Positions 44,152 through 53,618 are shown, counted from the first letter of the stretch. The stretch: 64,000 nt of DNA from an uncultured Acidobacteriota bacterium (GCA_963805975.1 CAWDVR010000002.1:768001-832000), one strand, 5' to 3'. Numbers and translations: made by a program. The notes: generated by a model not told the origin, from the sequence alone.

Positions 44152-46080
44152 TTGGACATCCGGGTCACCGGCGCCGAGCCGAGCGCGGAGGAGCGGGCGG
44201 CGGTCGATCGACTGCTCGGGCCGGCGCCTTCGAGCTGGGAGGGCGGGGAGCGGGGCCGGGGTGAGGACGCGCGGTCCGCTCGCGCCGGCTTCCACGAGTC
44301 CCGCGAGCGGCGGGACCTGCTGCTGCCGGCGCTCCACGCCGTGCAGGACCGCGTGGGCTGGATCAGCGAGGGCGCGCTCAACTACATTTGCCTGCGGCTG
44401 ATCGTGCCGCCCGCCGAGGCCTGGGGCGTGGTGAGCTTCTACCACCTGTTCGCGACCGAGCCCCGGCCGCCGCTGGTGGTCCACGTCTGTGACGACCTCG
44501 CCTGCCGGCTCCACGGCGCGGAGCGGCTGTGCACAGCTCTCGAGCACTCGGCAGGGCCGGAGCGAGCGCCGCTCGCCGGCGGCCGCACCACCTGGCAGCG
44601 CAGCCCCTGCCTCGGCCAGTGCGAGCGCGCCCCGGCGGTGCTGGTCCAGACCGCCGGCGAGGCGCCGCACGCCGAGGTGCTGGCCCCGGTGGCGGAGGCG
44701 GACGTGCTCGGTGCTCTCGGCCTCGCCCTGGACCGAGTGCAAGTACCTGCCGCCGGAAATGACCTGGAGGCAGTGCCGGATCGCCTCGCCGCAGCGCGCG
44801 TGTCCACACCCCAGGCGGGAAGCGACGGCCTGCGGCTCCTCGCCCGGGTCGGCGTGGTCGACCCCGAGAGCCTCGAGGCCTACCGCGCGAGCGGCGGCTA
44901 TCAGGCCCTCGCCCGCGCCCTGGAGCTGGGACCCGCGGGCGTGACCGGAGAGGTGCTGGCCTCGAAGCTCCTGGGCCGCGGCGGCGCCGCCTTCCCCACC
45001 GGCCGCAAGTGGCAGGCGGTGGCCGCGGCCCCGGCCCTGCCGCGCTACCTGGTGTGCAATGCCGACGAGTCCGAGCCCGGCACGTTCAAGGACCGGGTAT
45101 TGCTCGAGGAAGACCCCTTCGCGGTCGTCGAGTCGATGACGATCGCGGCTTTCGCCTGCGGCTGCGAGCGCGGCTTCGTCTACCTGCGCGGCGAGTACCC
45201 TCTCGCCCACCGGCGCTTGGATAACGCCATCGCCGCGGCACGGCAGGCCGGTCTCCTGGGCGACGACGTGGCCGGTTCGAGCTTCCGCTTCGATCTCGAG
45301 ATCCGCCGCGGCGCTGGCGCCTACATCTGCGGCGAGGAGACGGCGCTCTTCAACTCGATCGAGGGCAAGCGCGGCGAGCCGCGCTCGAAGCCGCCGTTCC
45401 CCAGCGAGTTCGGCCTGTTCGGCAAGCCGACGGTGGTCAACAACGTCGAGACCCTGGCCAACGTGCCCTGGGTCCTGCGCGAAGGCGGCGCGGCCTTCGC
45501 CGCGCTCGGCAGCGGCGGCTCGACCGGCAGCAAGCTGTTCTGCGTCTCCGGCCACGTCACCCGGCCGGGTCTCTACGAGGTGCCGTTCGGCACCACGCTG
45601 GGAGAGCTGCTGGAGCTGGCGGGCGGGGTCGCCGGGGGGCGAAGCCTCGCGGCCATCCTCTTGGGCGGGGCCGCGGGCGCCTTCGTGGGGCCGGAGGCTC
45701 TCGCCACCCCTCTCACCTTCGAAGGCACCCGCGCCGCGGGCGCCACGCTCGGCTCGGGCGTGGTGCTGGTCTACGACGAGACCGCCGACTTGGGCGACGC
45801 CCTGCTGCGCGTCGCGAGCTTCTTCCGGCACGAGTCCTGCGGCCAGTGCGTGCCCTGCCGGGTGGGCACCGTGCGCCAGGAAGAGCTGCTCCAGCGCTTG
45901 CGCCGAGCCCGGCCCCTGGGCTCGCGGGCCGAGGAGCTGGCGCTCTTTGCCGAGCTCTCGCAGGCGATGCGCGACGCCTCGATCTGCGGCCTCGGCCAAA
46001 CCGCCTCCTCCGCCATCGAGTCCGCCCTCGCCCGCTTCGATCCCTTCCCTGCCGCCCCTCCCTTTGGAGCGCAGCCGTGA
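44152..46080 (+). CDS. NuoE-NuoF fusion (NAD/FMN-binding diaphorase subunit)
   Basis: CDDLAC..CLGQC 2Fe-2S; GRGGAAFPTG, NADESEPGTFKDR, GAGAYICGEET, ESCGQCVPCR..SICGLG. Confidence 0.92.
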   Translation: MDIRVTGAEPSAEERAAVDRLLGPAPSSWEGGERGRGEDARSARAGFHESRERRDLLLPALHAVQDRVGWISEGALNYICLRLIVPPAEAWGVVSFYHLFATEPRPPLVVHVCDDLACRLHGAERLCTALEHSAGPERAPLAGGRTTWQRSPCLGQCERAPAVLVQTAGEAPHAEVLAPVAEADVLGALGLALDRVQVPAAGNDLEAVPDRLAAARVSTPQAGSDGLRLLARVGVVDPESLEAYRASGGYQALARALELGPAGVTGEVLASKLLGRGGAAFPTGRKWQAVAAAPALPRYLVCNADESEPGTFKDRVLLEEDPFAVVESMTIAAFACGCERGFVYLRGEYPLAHRRLDNAIAAARQAGLLGDDVAGSSFRFDLEIRRGAGAYICGEETALFNSIEGKRGEPRSKPPFPSEFGLFGKPTVVNNVETLANVPWVLREGGAAFAALGSGGSTGSKLFCVSGHVTRPGLYEVPFGTTLGELLELAGGVAGGRSLAAILLGGAAGAFVGPEALATPLTFEGTRAAGATLGSGVVLVYDETADLGDALLRVASFFRHESCGQCVPCRVGTVRQEELLQRLRRARPLGSRAEELALFAELSQAMRDASICGLGQTASSAIESALARFDPFPAAPPFGAQP

Positions 46081-46985
46081 GCACCGACCCGATCTGGTTC
46101 AACCCGGCCCCGCCGCCGTCTCGCGTGCCGGCGGCGCCGCCCCGCGCGCCACGACCGCAGGTGGAGCTCTCGATCGACGGCCAGGCGGTCACCGTGGAGC
46201 AGGGCGCGACCGTGCTCGAGGCCTGCCGGAAAGCCGGCGTCGAGGTGCCGACCCTCTGCTACCTGGAGACGCTCACGCCGGTCAACGCCTGCCGCCTCTG
46301 CGTGGTGGAGCAGGAAGGCGCGAGGGTGCTGGTGCCGGCCTGCTCGCGCAAGGCCGAGCCGGGGATGAAGATCCACACCAACTCGGAGCGCGTGCGGCTG
46401 TCGCGCAAGCTGGTGCTGGAGCTCCTGGGCTCGTCAGTCGATCTCTCGACCGCTCCCGGCCTGGCCGAGACCATGGCCGAGTATGGCGCCCGCCCGGAGC
46501 GCTTCGGCACCGGTGCCACCGTGGCGCAGCCGCCCAAGATCGACAACGACCTCTACGTGCGTGACTACGGCAAGTGCGTGCTTTGCTACAAGTGCGTGGA
46601 GGCCTGCGGCTACGACGCCCAGAACACCTTCGCCATCGCCGTGGCCGGCCGCGGCTTCGACGCCCACATCTCGACCGAGTGGGACGTGCCGCTGCCCACC
46701 TCGGCCTGCGTCTACTGCGGCAACTGCATCGCCGTCTGCCCCACCGGGGCGCTGATGGCGAGCCCCGAGTTCGAGCTGCGCCGCGAAGGAAAATGGGACG
46801 AGTCCCGCCAGACGAAGACCGACACCATCTGCGGCTACTGCGGCGTGGGCTGCACCCTCACCCTGCACGTCCAGGACGAGCGCATCGTCAAGGCCACCTC
46901 GCCCTTCGAGAACTCCGTGACGCAGGGCAATCTTTGCGTCAAGGGCAGGTTCGGGTTCGAGTTCGTGCAGAAAGGGCGGGGCTAG
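46077..46985 (+). CDS. Fe-S subunit: 2Fe-2S, two 4Fe-4S and a C-terminal Molybdop_Fe4S4 domain
   Basis: PTLC..CRLC..C; CVLCYKCVEAC; CVYCGNCIAVCP; TICGYCGVGC...LCVKGRFG. GTG start overlaps the upstream stop. Confidence 0.9.
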   Translation: MSTDPIWFNPAPPPSRVPAAPPRAPRPQVELSIDGQAVTVEQGATVLEACRKAGVEVPTLCYLETLTPVNACRLCVVEQEGARVLVPACSRKAEPGMKIHTNSERVRLSRKLVLELLGSSVDLSTAPGLAETMAEYGARPERFGTGATVAQPPKIDNDLYVRDYGKCVLCYKCVEACGYDAQNTFAIAVAGRGFDAHISTEWDVPLPTSACVYCGNCIAVCPTGALMASPEFELRREGKWDESRQTKTDTICGYCGVGCTLTLHVQDERIVKATSPFENSVTQGNLCVKGRFGFEFVQKGRG

Positions 46986-48308
46986 CTAGCCGCCCAGCGC
47001 CCGCTTCAGCCAGCTTCCCTTGACGCCCTTGAGCATCTTGCGCATGCCCTTGTACTGCTTCAGGAGCTTGTTGATGTCCTGGACGGTGGTGCCGGAGCCC
47101 TGGGCGATGCGCCGCTTGCGGCTGCCGTCCAAGAGCTGAGGCAGGCGGCGCTCGCGGGCGGTCATCGAGTTGACGATCGCCTCGACGCGCTGCAACTGGC
47201 TCTCGTCCACGTTGGCGGCGTCGAGCCCCTTGAGCGGCCCCACCTTGGGCATCAGCTCCATCACCTGGCCCAAGGGCCCCATCTTCCGCAACTGGCGGAG
47301 CTGATCGCGCAGGTCCTCGAGCGTGAACTCGCGGGAGATCAGGCGCTTGGCCAGGCGCTCGGTCTCGCCCGAGTCGAGCCCCTTTTCGGCCTTCTCGATC
47401 AGCGACAGCACGTCGCCCATGCCGAGCATGCGCGAGGCGATGCGGTCCGGGTGGTAGAGCTCCAGGTCGTCGGCCTTCTCGCCCATGCCGACGTAGCGGA
47501 TCGGCACCTGGGCAACAGTACGGATCGAGAGCGCCGCTCCGCCGCGGCTGTCGCCGTCGAGCTTGGTCAGGATGACGCCGGTGAGCGGGAGCTGCTCGGC
47601 GAACTCCTGGGCGCTCTTGACCGCGTCCTGGCCGGTCATGGCGTCGGCCACGAAGAGGGTCTCGGAGGGCTTGATGAGCTCGGCCAGCGCGCGGATCTCC
47701 TGCATCAGCGCCGCGTCCACGTGCAGGCGGCCGGCGGTGTCGACGATCACTACGTCGTGGCCGCGGTCCTTCGCCTCGCGGATGGCACGGGGAGCGAGCT
47801 CGAGCACCGTCTCGCCCGGCTGCGGTGTCGCCACCGCCACTCCCACCCCGGCCCCCACCTGCCGGAGCTGCTCGACGGCCGCGGCGCGCTGCAGGTCGCC
47901 GGCCACCAGCAACGGGTGGCGGCCGCGGGCCTTGAGCTGCTTGGCGAGCTTGCCGGCGGTGGTGGTCTTGCCCGAGCCCTGGAGGCCGCAGAGCATGACC
48001 ACCGTGGGACGGCCGTCGAGCTTGAGCTCGGCCCCGGCACCGGGGCCGCCCAGGAGCTCGATCAGCTCGTCGCGGACGATCTTGATCACCTGCTGGGCGC
48101 CCGACAGGCTGGCCAGCACCTCCTGGCCCTCGGCCCGCTCGCGCACGCGGTCGATGAACGGCTTGACCACACGCACGTGGACGTCCGCCTCGAGGAGCGC
48201 CAGGCGCACCTGGCGCAGCGCCCCGGCCAGCACGTCGGCGGAGATGCGGCCCTCACCCCGAAGCTGGTGAAAGACCTCTTGCAGCTTGCCCTGGAGACCG
48301 TCGAACAT
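46986..48308 (-). CDS. ffh: Signal recognition particle protein
   Basis: LLEADV, GLQGSGKTTT, DTAGRLH, TKLDGDSRGG, GMGDVLSLIEK, SRKRRIAQGSG. Confidence 0.97.
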   Translation of the reverse strand: MFDGLQGKLQEVFHQLRGEGRISADVLAGALRQVRLALLEADVHVRVVKPFIDRVRERAEGQEVLASLSGAQQVIKIVRDELIELLGGPGAGAELKLDGRPTVVMLCGLQGSGKTTTAGKLAKQLKARGRHPLLVAGDLQRAAAVEQLRQVGAGVGVAVATPQPGETVLELAPRAIREAKDRGHDVVIVDTAGRLHVDAALMQEIRALAELIKPSETLFVADAMTGQDAVKSAQEFAEQLPLTGVILTKLDGDSRGGAALSIRTVAQVPIRYVGMGEKADDLELYHPDRIASRMLGMGDVLSLIEKAEKGLDSGETERLAKRLISREFTLEDLRDQLRQLRKMGPLGQVMELMPKVGPLKGLDAANVDESQLQRVEAIVNSMTARERRLPQLLDGSRKRRIAQGSGTTVQDINKLLKQYKGMRKMLKGVKGSWLKRALGG

Positions 48309-48401
48309 GGATTGCACCTCGTGGCGCCACCCTGACGATCGGGCGGCGGGAGGCGGATGCTACCACCGGCGGAAGGGGCCGGCGCTGCTAGAATTCCCGA
48401 C

Positions 48402-48672
48402 ATGAGCGACCCGACCTCGACCGCGTCGAAACGAGCGCGCGGCAACGCGGAAAGGCTGGCCGATACGGGTCTACCGGCTTGGTGGCGAGCCTTCCGCCGA
48501 CCTCAGTGCCACGACCACTGCCACCGACCGGTTGTCCATGATGTGGCCTCTGGCACTGGATGCCTGGACCCTTGCCGGTCGCACGATCCCCGACTACCCG
48601 CGGCACCAGACGCCCTGCTTTCTTCGGCGCCCGCTCGCGGGCTCGGCGCACGCCGTTGGAGCCCGCGACTGA
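48402..48672 (+). pseudogene. Small gene upstream of the nucleotidyltransferase, apparently frameshifted (+1)
   Basis: ATG 48402 follows TGCTAGAAT. The coding-like sequence (RKGWPIRVYRLG...MMWPLALDAWTLAGRTIPDYPR) is in the +1 frame, which has a TGA at 48403 and ends at TGA 48670-48672. Span is 271 nt. Confidence 0.5.
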
Positions 48673-49421
48673 ACGACGACTTCCAGGATTTGCTCGCTGC
48701 GCTGCAGGCGACCGAATCGCGATTCCTGATCGTCGGGGCTCACGCTCTCGCGGTCCATGGCGTCCCTCGCGCGACAGGCGATCTCGACGTCTGGGTGCGC
48801 CCTGACTCCGAGAACGCGGCTCGCGTGCTCCGCGCGCTGATCGAGTTCGGGGCGCCGATCGAGTCATTGAAGGTGACGATCGGCGATCTCTCCTCACCAG
48901 GGATGGTGTTGCAGATCGGGCTGCCTCCTCGGCGTATCGACATCTTGACCGAGATCAGCGGTGTCGACTTCGACGAAGCCTGGGCTTCACGCACCGTGGC
49001 TACGGTGGGCGCGCTTCAGATCTCTTTCCTGGGCCGAGAGGCGTTCCTGCGAAACAAGCGAGCCAGCGGGCGTCCGAAGGATTTGCTGGACATCTCCCTA
49101 CTCGACGCCGAGACTCGACGACGAGAGCAGCGACTGACTGCACGAGCGGCTGCGGTGGTCGTGATCCCGGCTGAAAGGCCGGAACGCCGTGCGACAGGCG
49201 TCCCGGCAGGTGCAGGCGAGTCAGCTTACGGCGTAACCTCGATCAGGCGGTCGGTGTTGTACTCGGTGACGAAGATCGAGCCGGACACCGGGTCGAGGAG
49301 CATGCTGGTCGGGCCTTCGAGGTCGTCGACCAGCACGGTCGGCGGGCCGGCGGGCGTGGCGAAGTGCAGGATGCGGCCGTGGCCGCCGCCCAGCAGGTTG
49401 GACGAGTGCTCGAGCACGTAG
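48669..49421 (+). CDS. Nucleotidyltransferase-like protein (DUF6036-type), possibly degenerate
   Basis: LNDDFQDLL, GAHALAVHGVPRATGDLDVWV, RIDILT, NKRASGRPKD. No nearby ATG, and the ORF runs past the expected end (about 49110) into the convergent gene. Confidence 0.65.
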   Translation: MNDDFQDLLAALQATESRFLIVGAHALAVHGVPRATGDLDVWVRPDSENAARVLRALIEFGAPIESLKVTIGDLSSPGMVLQIGLPPRRIDILTEISGVDFDEAWASRTVATVGALQISFLGREAFLRNKRASGRPKDLLDISLLDAETRRREQRLTARAAAVVVIPAERPERRATGVPAGAGESAYGVTSIRRSVLYSVTKIEPDTGSRSMLVGPSRSSTSTVGGPAGVAKCRMRPWPPPSRLDECSST

Positions 49422-50528
49422 TAGCTGCTGCCGTCCACCTGCACGTCGATGACACAGGACAGACCGGTGATCAGCGGCGTGCTGGTGCCGTCGGTGCTGT
49501 TGTAGGAGTGGATCTCCGAGCGGCCGGGCACGAACGGCGAGCCGGTGAAGAGTGTCACCAGCAGGCCGCCGCCGGCGCCGTGGCGCACCCGGTTCGAGAC
49601 CACCTCGACGGTGGGCCGGCCGGAGCCCGGGAAGTTCGGGTTGGGGAGCTCGGCGAAGATCGTCTTGCTGACCAGCTTGCCGCTGGCGAACGGAGCGCTC
49701 CGGATGCGGTTGGAGCCGGCGTCGGCGATCCAGAGCGTGGTCCGATCCGCCAGGCGGTCGCCCAGGGGGCTGTCGAGGTTGTTCCAGGCGAAGCGCTCGG
49801 CGGAGGCGAGGACCGCCGCCTCGCTGGCACCGTGGTCCAGCTCGTCGAGGTAACGCTGGGCATTGAGGTCACGCAGGTCCCGCACCGTGAGCCCGCCGGT
49901 CAGCGCCAGGCCGAACGGGTTCGCCTTGCGGACGACGGTGCGCGGGTCCTGGATCAGGTCGCGGACGTCGGCCACCAGGCGCACGGTGGCGTGCTCGCCG
50001 GAGGCGTTGCTGAGCTCCACGTTGTAGCCGTCCGCGAGCTGGCCGTGCTGCGCCACGGTGAGCGCCAGCCCCTCGACGACGGCGTCGAGCGGGCGGTCGA
50101 AGGTGGCGACCACCACCGAGCTCATGATCGGCGAGGAGGGCCCGATCGGGTTCGGCGCGTCCTGGCCGGCGGCGGCGCCGCGCTTCACCACGTCACCCTC
50201 GCCGATGAGGATGATCAGCGTACGACCCTTGAGGATGACGTCGTGCGGGCCCGAGGGAGCGCCGGTCGCGGGGATGCCGGCAGGCAGGCCGGAGAGCAGC
50301 GAGCGGACGACACCGGACGAGCGGGCGACCAGCGAGATACGCCCGACGTTGGTGCCGAAGCCGGACTCGGCGACCACCAGGTTGCCGGCGTCCGAGAAGA
50401 CCACGGAGGTCGGCGAGACCACGGGCGCGAGAACATCGTGCTGGGCGCTGGCGATCGGAGCGGCCGACGACAGCCGCTACGAGCGCAGCTCCGAAGATCA
50501 GAAAACGACAGAATCGTGCTGCAGACAT
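49226..50528 (-). pseudogene. ScyD/ScyE-family beta-propeller secreted protein with a +1 frameshift in the signal peptide
   Basis: LVVAESG..GRIS, ANPFGL, IADAGSN, LFTGSPF motifs. ATG 50528 (with GGAGG RBS) starts a signal peptide in another frame; span 1303 nt. Confidence 0.65.
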
Positions 50529-50640
50529 GGAAAACCCTCCTTGCGATTTAATGGTGACGGTCCTCTAGTGCCCGGAGGCGTGGCAAAGGGGACAGCTCGC
50601 GCAAAGAGGTTCGTTCAGGCCGGAGGGCAGCCCCTTCGCC

Positions 50641-51705
50641 TCATGGGCACGTCGCCAGCGCCCCGGTGTCGGTGATGGTCACCGCAGTGCGGCCGAGGGG
50701 GTTGTGGTAGCTCGCCTGCTGGCCGGTCGAGAGGTCGGTGACGGTCAGGTCGTACTCCACGTTGGTGGTGCCGGCGGCGAACACCCAGTAGCGGCCATTG
50801 ACCGCGCAGCCGTCGAGCACCTTCACCTGCAGCTCCCAGTTGCTGTCGCGGAAGAACCACAGGAGTCCGGCGTCGGCGGTGCGGGCCTCCGTGGCGCGGG
50901 CCGCGCCGACGAGGCCGGAGGGCGCGCGCCAGGTGGCCTCGACGGCGAAGCGGCCCTCCCGCAGGCAGAGGCGGGTGTCGCTCGGCTGGCAGCCGCCGGC
51001 CGTGTGGTAGGTCTGTGAGAGCAGAAATGCGAAGCCTTCCTCGAACGTGCCCGGCGGCCAGCCGCTGTGGCCCTGGCCGGGTGCGATCTCGCTCTCGACC
51101 GCCACACCGAGCCGCTGGAGCTGGTCGCGGATGGCGGCGAAGCTCTGGCCGGTGTAGTTGGGGTCCTGGTTGCCGTAGTAGAGGCGGATGGGCGCCGTGT
51201 AGTCCGCGTCCTCCACCCCGAGCACCGTACGGTAAGGCGCACCCAGGGAGAAAACCCCTGCAAAGCGCAGCCTGGTGCCGTAGGCGAGCACGAAGGCATA
51301 GGCGCCGCCCGAGGAATGGCCGGCGATCGACACCCGCCGGGGGTCGACCGTGATCTCGGCCCGCAACTGGCGCAGGCTGTCCTCGATCGTCGCCTGGTCG
51401 TCACCGATGCCGAAGCCGAGGTTGGAGACCGACTTGGGCAGGACCAGCGCGCAGCCGAGGGCGTCGGCCACGGGCTCGAGAAGGTCCTGCCAGTGCTCGG
51501 GAAAGGCCCCGGAGCCGTGCAGGAAGACGACGACCGGCGCCGGCTGGCCCTGGTCCAGCGCCGCCGGCAGGTAGCGGAGGGCGTACTCGCCCGTGGCCTC
51601 GATCTCGTAGCGCCGCCAGCCCGGGTCGGCCGCCCAGGCCGAGCCGGCGAGGAGAACAGGCAGCGCCAGGAGGGCTGCGCGAACGATCCGATGCCGGTTT
51701 CCCAT
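50641..51705 (-). CDS. Secreted alpha/beta-hydrolase (esterase/PHB-depolymerase-like) with a Cys-bounded C-terminal accessory domain
   Basis: Signal peptide, VFLHGSG, GHSSGG nucleophile, YGNQD, GHSGW; C-terminal CQPSDTRLCL..WFF..VKVLDGC..TCP. Confidence 0.85.
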   Translation of the reverse strand: MGNRHRIVRAALLALPVLLAGSAWAADPGWRRYEIEATGEYALRYLPAALDQGQPAPVVVFLHGSGAFPEHWQDLLEPVADALGCALVLPKSVSNLGFGIGDDQATIEDSLRQLRAEITVDPRRVSIAGHSSGGAYAFVLAYGTRLRFAGVFSLGAPYRTVLGVEDADYTAPIRLYYGNQDPNYTGQSFAAIRDQLQRLGVAVESEIAPGQGHSGWPPGTFEEGFAFLLSQTYHTAGGCQPSDTRLCLREGRFAVEATWRAPSGLVGAARATEARTADAGLLWFFRDSNWELQVKVLDGCAVNGRYWVFAAGTTNVEYDLTVTDLSTGQQASYHNPLGRTAVTITDTGALATCP

Positions 51706-51779
51706 GCCGTGCCAGCCTAGCAGGCCCGTGCCGCCCGCGGCAGCCCCGGTGGCTCCGCGGTTTACAATCCCGTCCGCCC

Positions 51780-53129
51780 ATGGACGACGCGACCCTCGAC
51801 TCGCTCTTTGCCGCCCTGGCGGCCACGCCGGGGAACCTCGAGCTGCGGCGCGTGCTGGCCCGTGCCCTGGCCGCGCGGGAGGAGCCGGCGCGGGCTCTCG
51901 AGCTGCTGACCGGCGACGATCCGCAGGCCCTGACCGCCGACGACCGCCTCCTCGCCGCCGACCTCGCGCTGGCGGCCGGCGACCCCGAGCGTGCCCTGGA
52001 GCATGCCGCGGGCAGCTCGCCCGAGGCGCTGATCCGGCAGGCGCGGGCGCTCGCCGCCCTCGGGCGCCAGCCGCAGGGCCGTGCGGCCTACGACCAGGCC
52101 GTGGCCGCCAACCCGGCGCTCGAAAGCCTGGATCTGAAGCAGCGTCTCGGCGCCACGGTGCGCACCTTCCCCAGGGTCGCGGAGCGCGGGCGCCCGCGCC
52201 TGGCCGTGATCTCGAACGACGACACGGACGCGAGCGAGGTCAAGCGCCTGCTGGTCCCCGAGGTGGAGCGCGTCTCCTTCGCCGACGTCGGCGGCCTCGA
52301 CGAGATCAAGAAGCAAATCCACAAGCGCATCATCCTGCCGTTCCAGAAGCCCTCTCTCTTCGCGCGCTTCAAGCGGCGGGCAGGCGGCGGCATCCTGCTC
52401 TACGGGCCGCCGGGCTGCGGCAAGACCCTCCTCGCCCGCGCCACGGCCGGCGAGTGCGGCGCCGCCTTCTTCAGCGTGGCGATCAACGACATCCTCGACA
52501 TGTACATCGGCGAGTCGGAACGGAAGCTCCATGCTCTCTTCGAGCAGGCGCGGGAGAAGGCGCCCTCGGTGCTCTTCTTCGACGAGCTCGAGGCGCTGGG
52601 CGGCCGGCGCGAGCACACCCGCGAGTCCACCTCCTCGAAGCTCGTCAGCCAGTTCCTGACCGAGATGGACGGCTTCGCCCAGGGCAACCACGGCGTGCTG
52701 ATCCTGGCTGCCACCAACGTGCCGTGGGCCATCGACCCGGCCTTCCGCCGGCCGGGGCGCTTCGACCGCGTGCTCTTCGTGCCGCCGCCCGACCGGCCGG
52801 CGCGCGCCGCCATCCTCGAGCTGCTCCTCGCCGGGCGGCCCACCGCCGGCGCGCTCGACACCGGGAGCCTCGCCGCGGCGACCCCCGGTTTCTCCGGTGC
52901 CGACCTGGGCAACCTGGTCGAGACGGCGAGCGACGAGGCGATCGAGGCCAGCCTCGAGCGCGGCAGCGAGGTGCCGATCGGCCCCGAGCACCTGAAGGCG
53001 GCGCGCGCCGAGGTCAAGCCGACCACTCTCGAATGGCTGACCACGGCGCGCAACTACGCCCGCTACGCCAACGAGGGCGGCCAGTACGACGAGGTGCTGG
53101 AGTTCCTGAAGACCCACGGGAAGAGCTGA
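51780..53129 (+). CDS. Classic-clade AAA ATPase with N-terminal TPR region
   Basis: FADVGGL, GPPGCGKT, DMYIGESE, FFDELE, ATNVPWAIDPAFRRPGRFDR, FSGADL. Confidence 0.92.
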   Translation: MDDATLDSLFAALAATPGNLELRRVLARALAAREEPARALELLTGDDPQALTADDRLLAADLALAAGDPERALEHAAGSSPEALIRQARALAALGRQPQGRAAYDQAVAANPALESLDLKQRLGATVRTFPRVAERGRPRLAVISNDDTDASEVKRLLVPEVERVSFADVGGLDEIKKQIHKRIILPFQKPSLFARFKRRAGGGILLYGPPGCGKTLLARATAGECGAAFFSVAINDILDMYIGESERKLHALFEQAREKAPSVLFFDELEALGGRREHTRESTSSKLVSQFLTEMDGFAQGNHGVLILAATNVPWAIDPAFRRPGRFDRVLFVPPPDRPARAAILELLLAGRPTAGALDTGSLAAATPGFSGADLGNLVETASDEAIEASLERGSEVPIGPEHLKAARAEVKPTTLEWLTTARNYARYANEGGQYDEVLEFLKTHGKS

Positions 53130-53605
53130 TGACGGCGGCGGGCTACCACATCGAGGACGAGCCGCGGCCCGGCCCCTGGCAGCACCTCGCGATGCAGCCG
53201 TTCTGGCCGCTCCTGGCGATGATGCTCGCCGGCTCGTGGCTCGGCCTGCCGTGGTTCGTGGTCAACGGCTTCGTGGTGGGGAGCCCCACCCGCTGGCGGG
53301 AGGCGGCGCTCGCCGGGGCCGGCCTCGCCGGCAGCGTGGCGCTGGTCGTGCTGCTCTCGGTGCTGGTCCAGACGGCGGCGCTCTCCGCCACCACGCTGCC
53401 TTACGCCGCGGTGGGAATCACCGTGTGGAAGCTCGCCGTGGGCTACGTCCTCTTCCTCTGGCAGCAGCGGAGCATCCACCTCTACGAGTACTTCGGTGGC
53501 ACCCTTGCCAACGGGCTGCCGGTTCTGCTCCTGGCCAGCATCGCCGGCGGTCGGCTGCTGTCCAAGGCCGTGACCCACCCTCTCTGGCGGATCGTCCTCT
53601 CGTGA
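53129..53605 (+). CDS. Hypothetical integral membrane protein (about 4 TM helices)
   Basis: TGATG coupling to the AAA ATPase; hydrophobic helices. Confidence 0.75.
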   Translation: MTAAGYHIEDEPRPGPWQHLAMQPFWPLLAMMLAGSWLGLPWFVVNGFVVGSPTRWREAALAGAGLAGSVALVVLLSVLVQTAALSATTLPYAAVGITVWKLAVGYVLFLWQQRSIHLYEYFGGTLANGLPVLLLASIAGGRLLSKAVTHPLWRIVLS

Positions 53606-53618
53606 GCGCCCACCGGCA

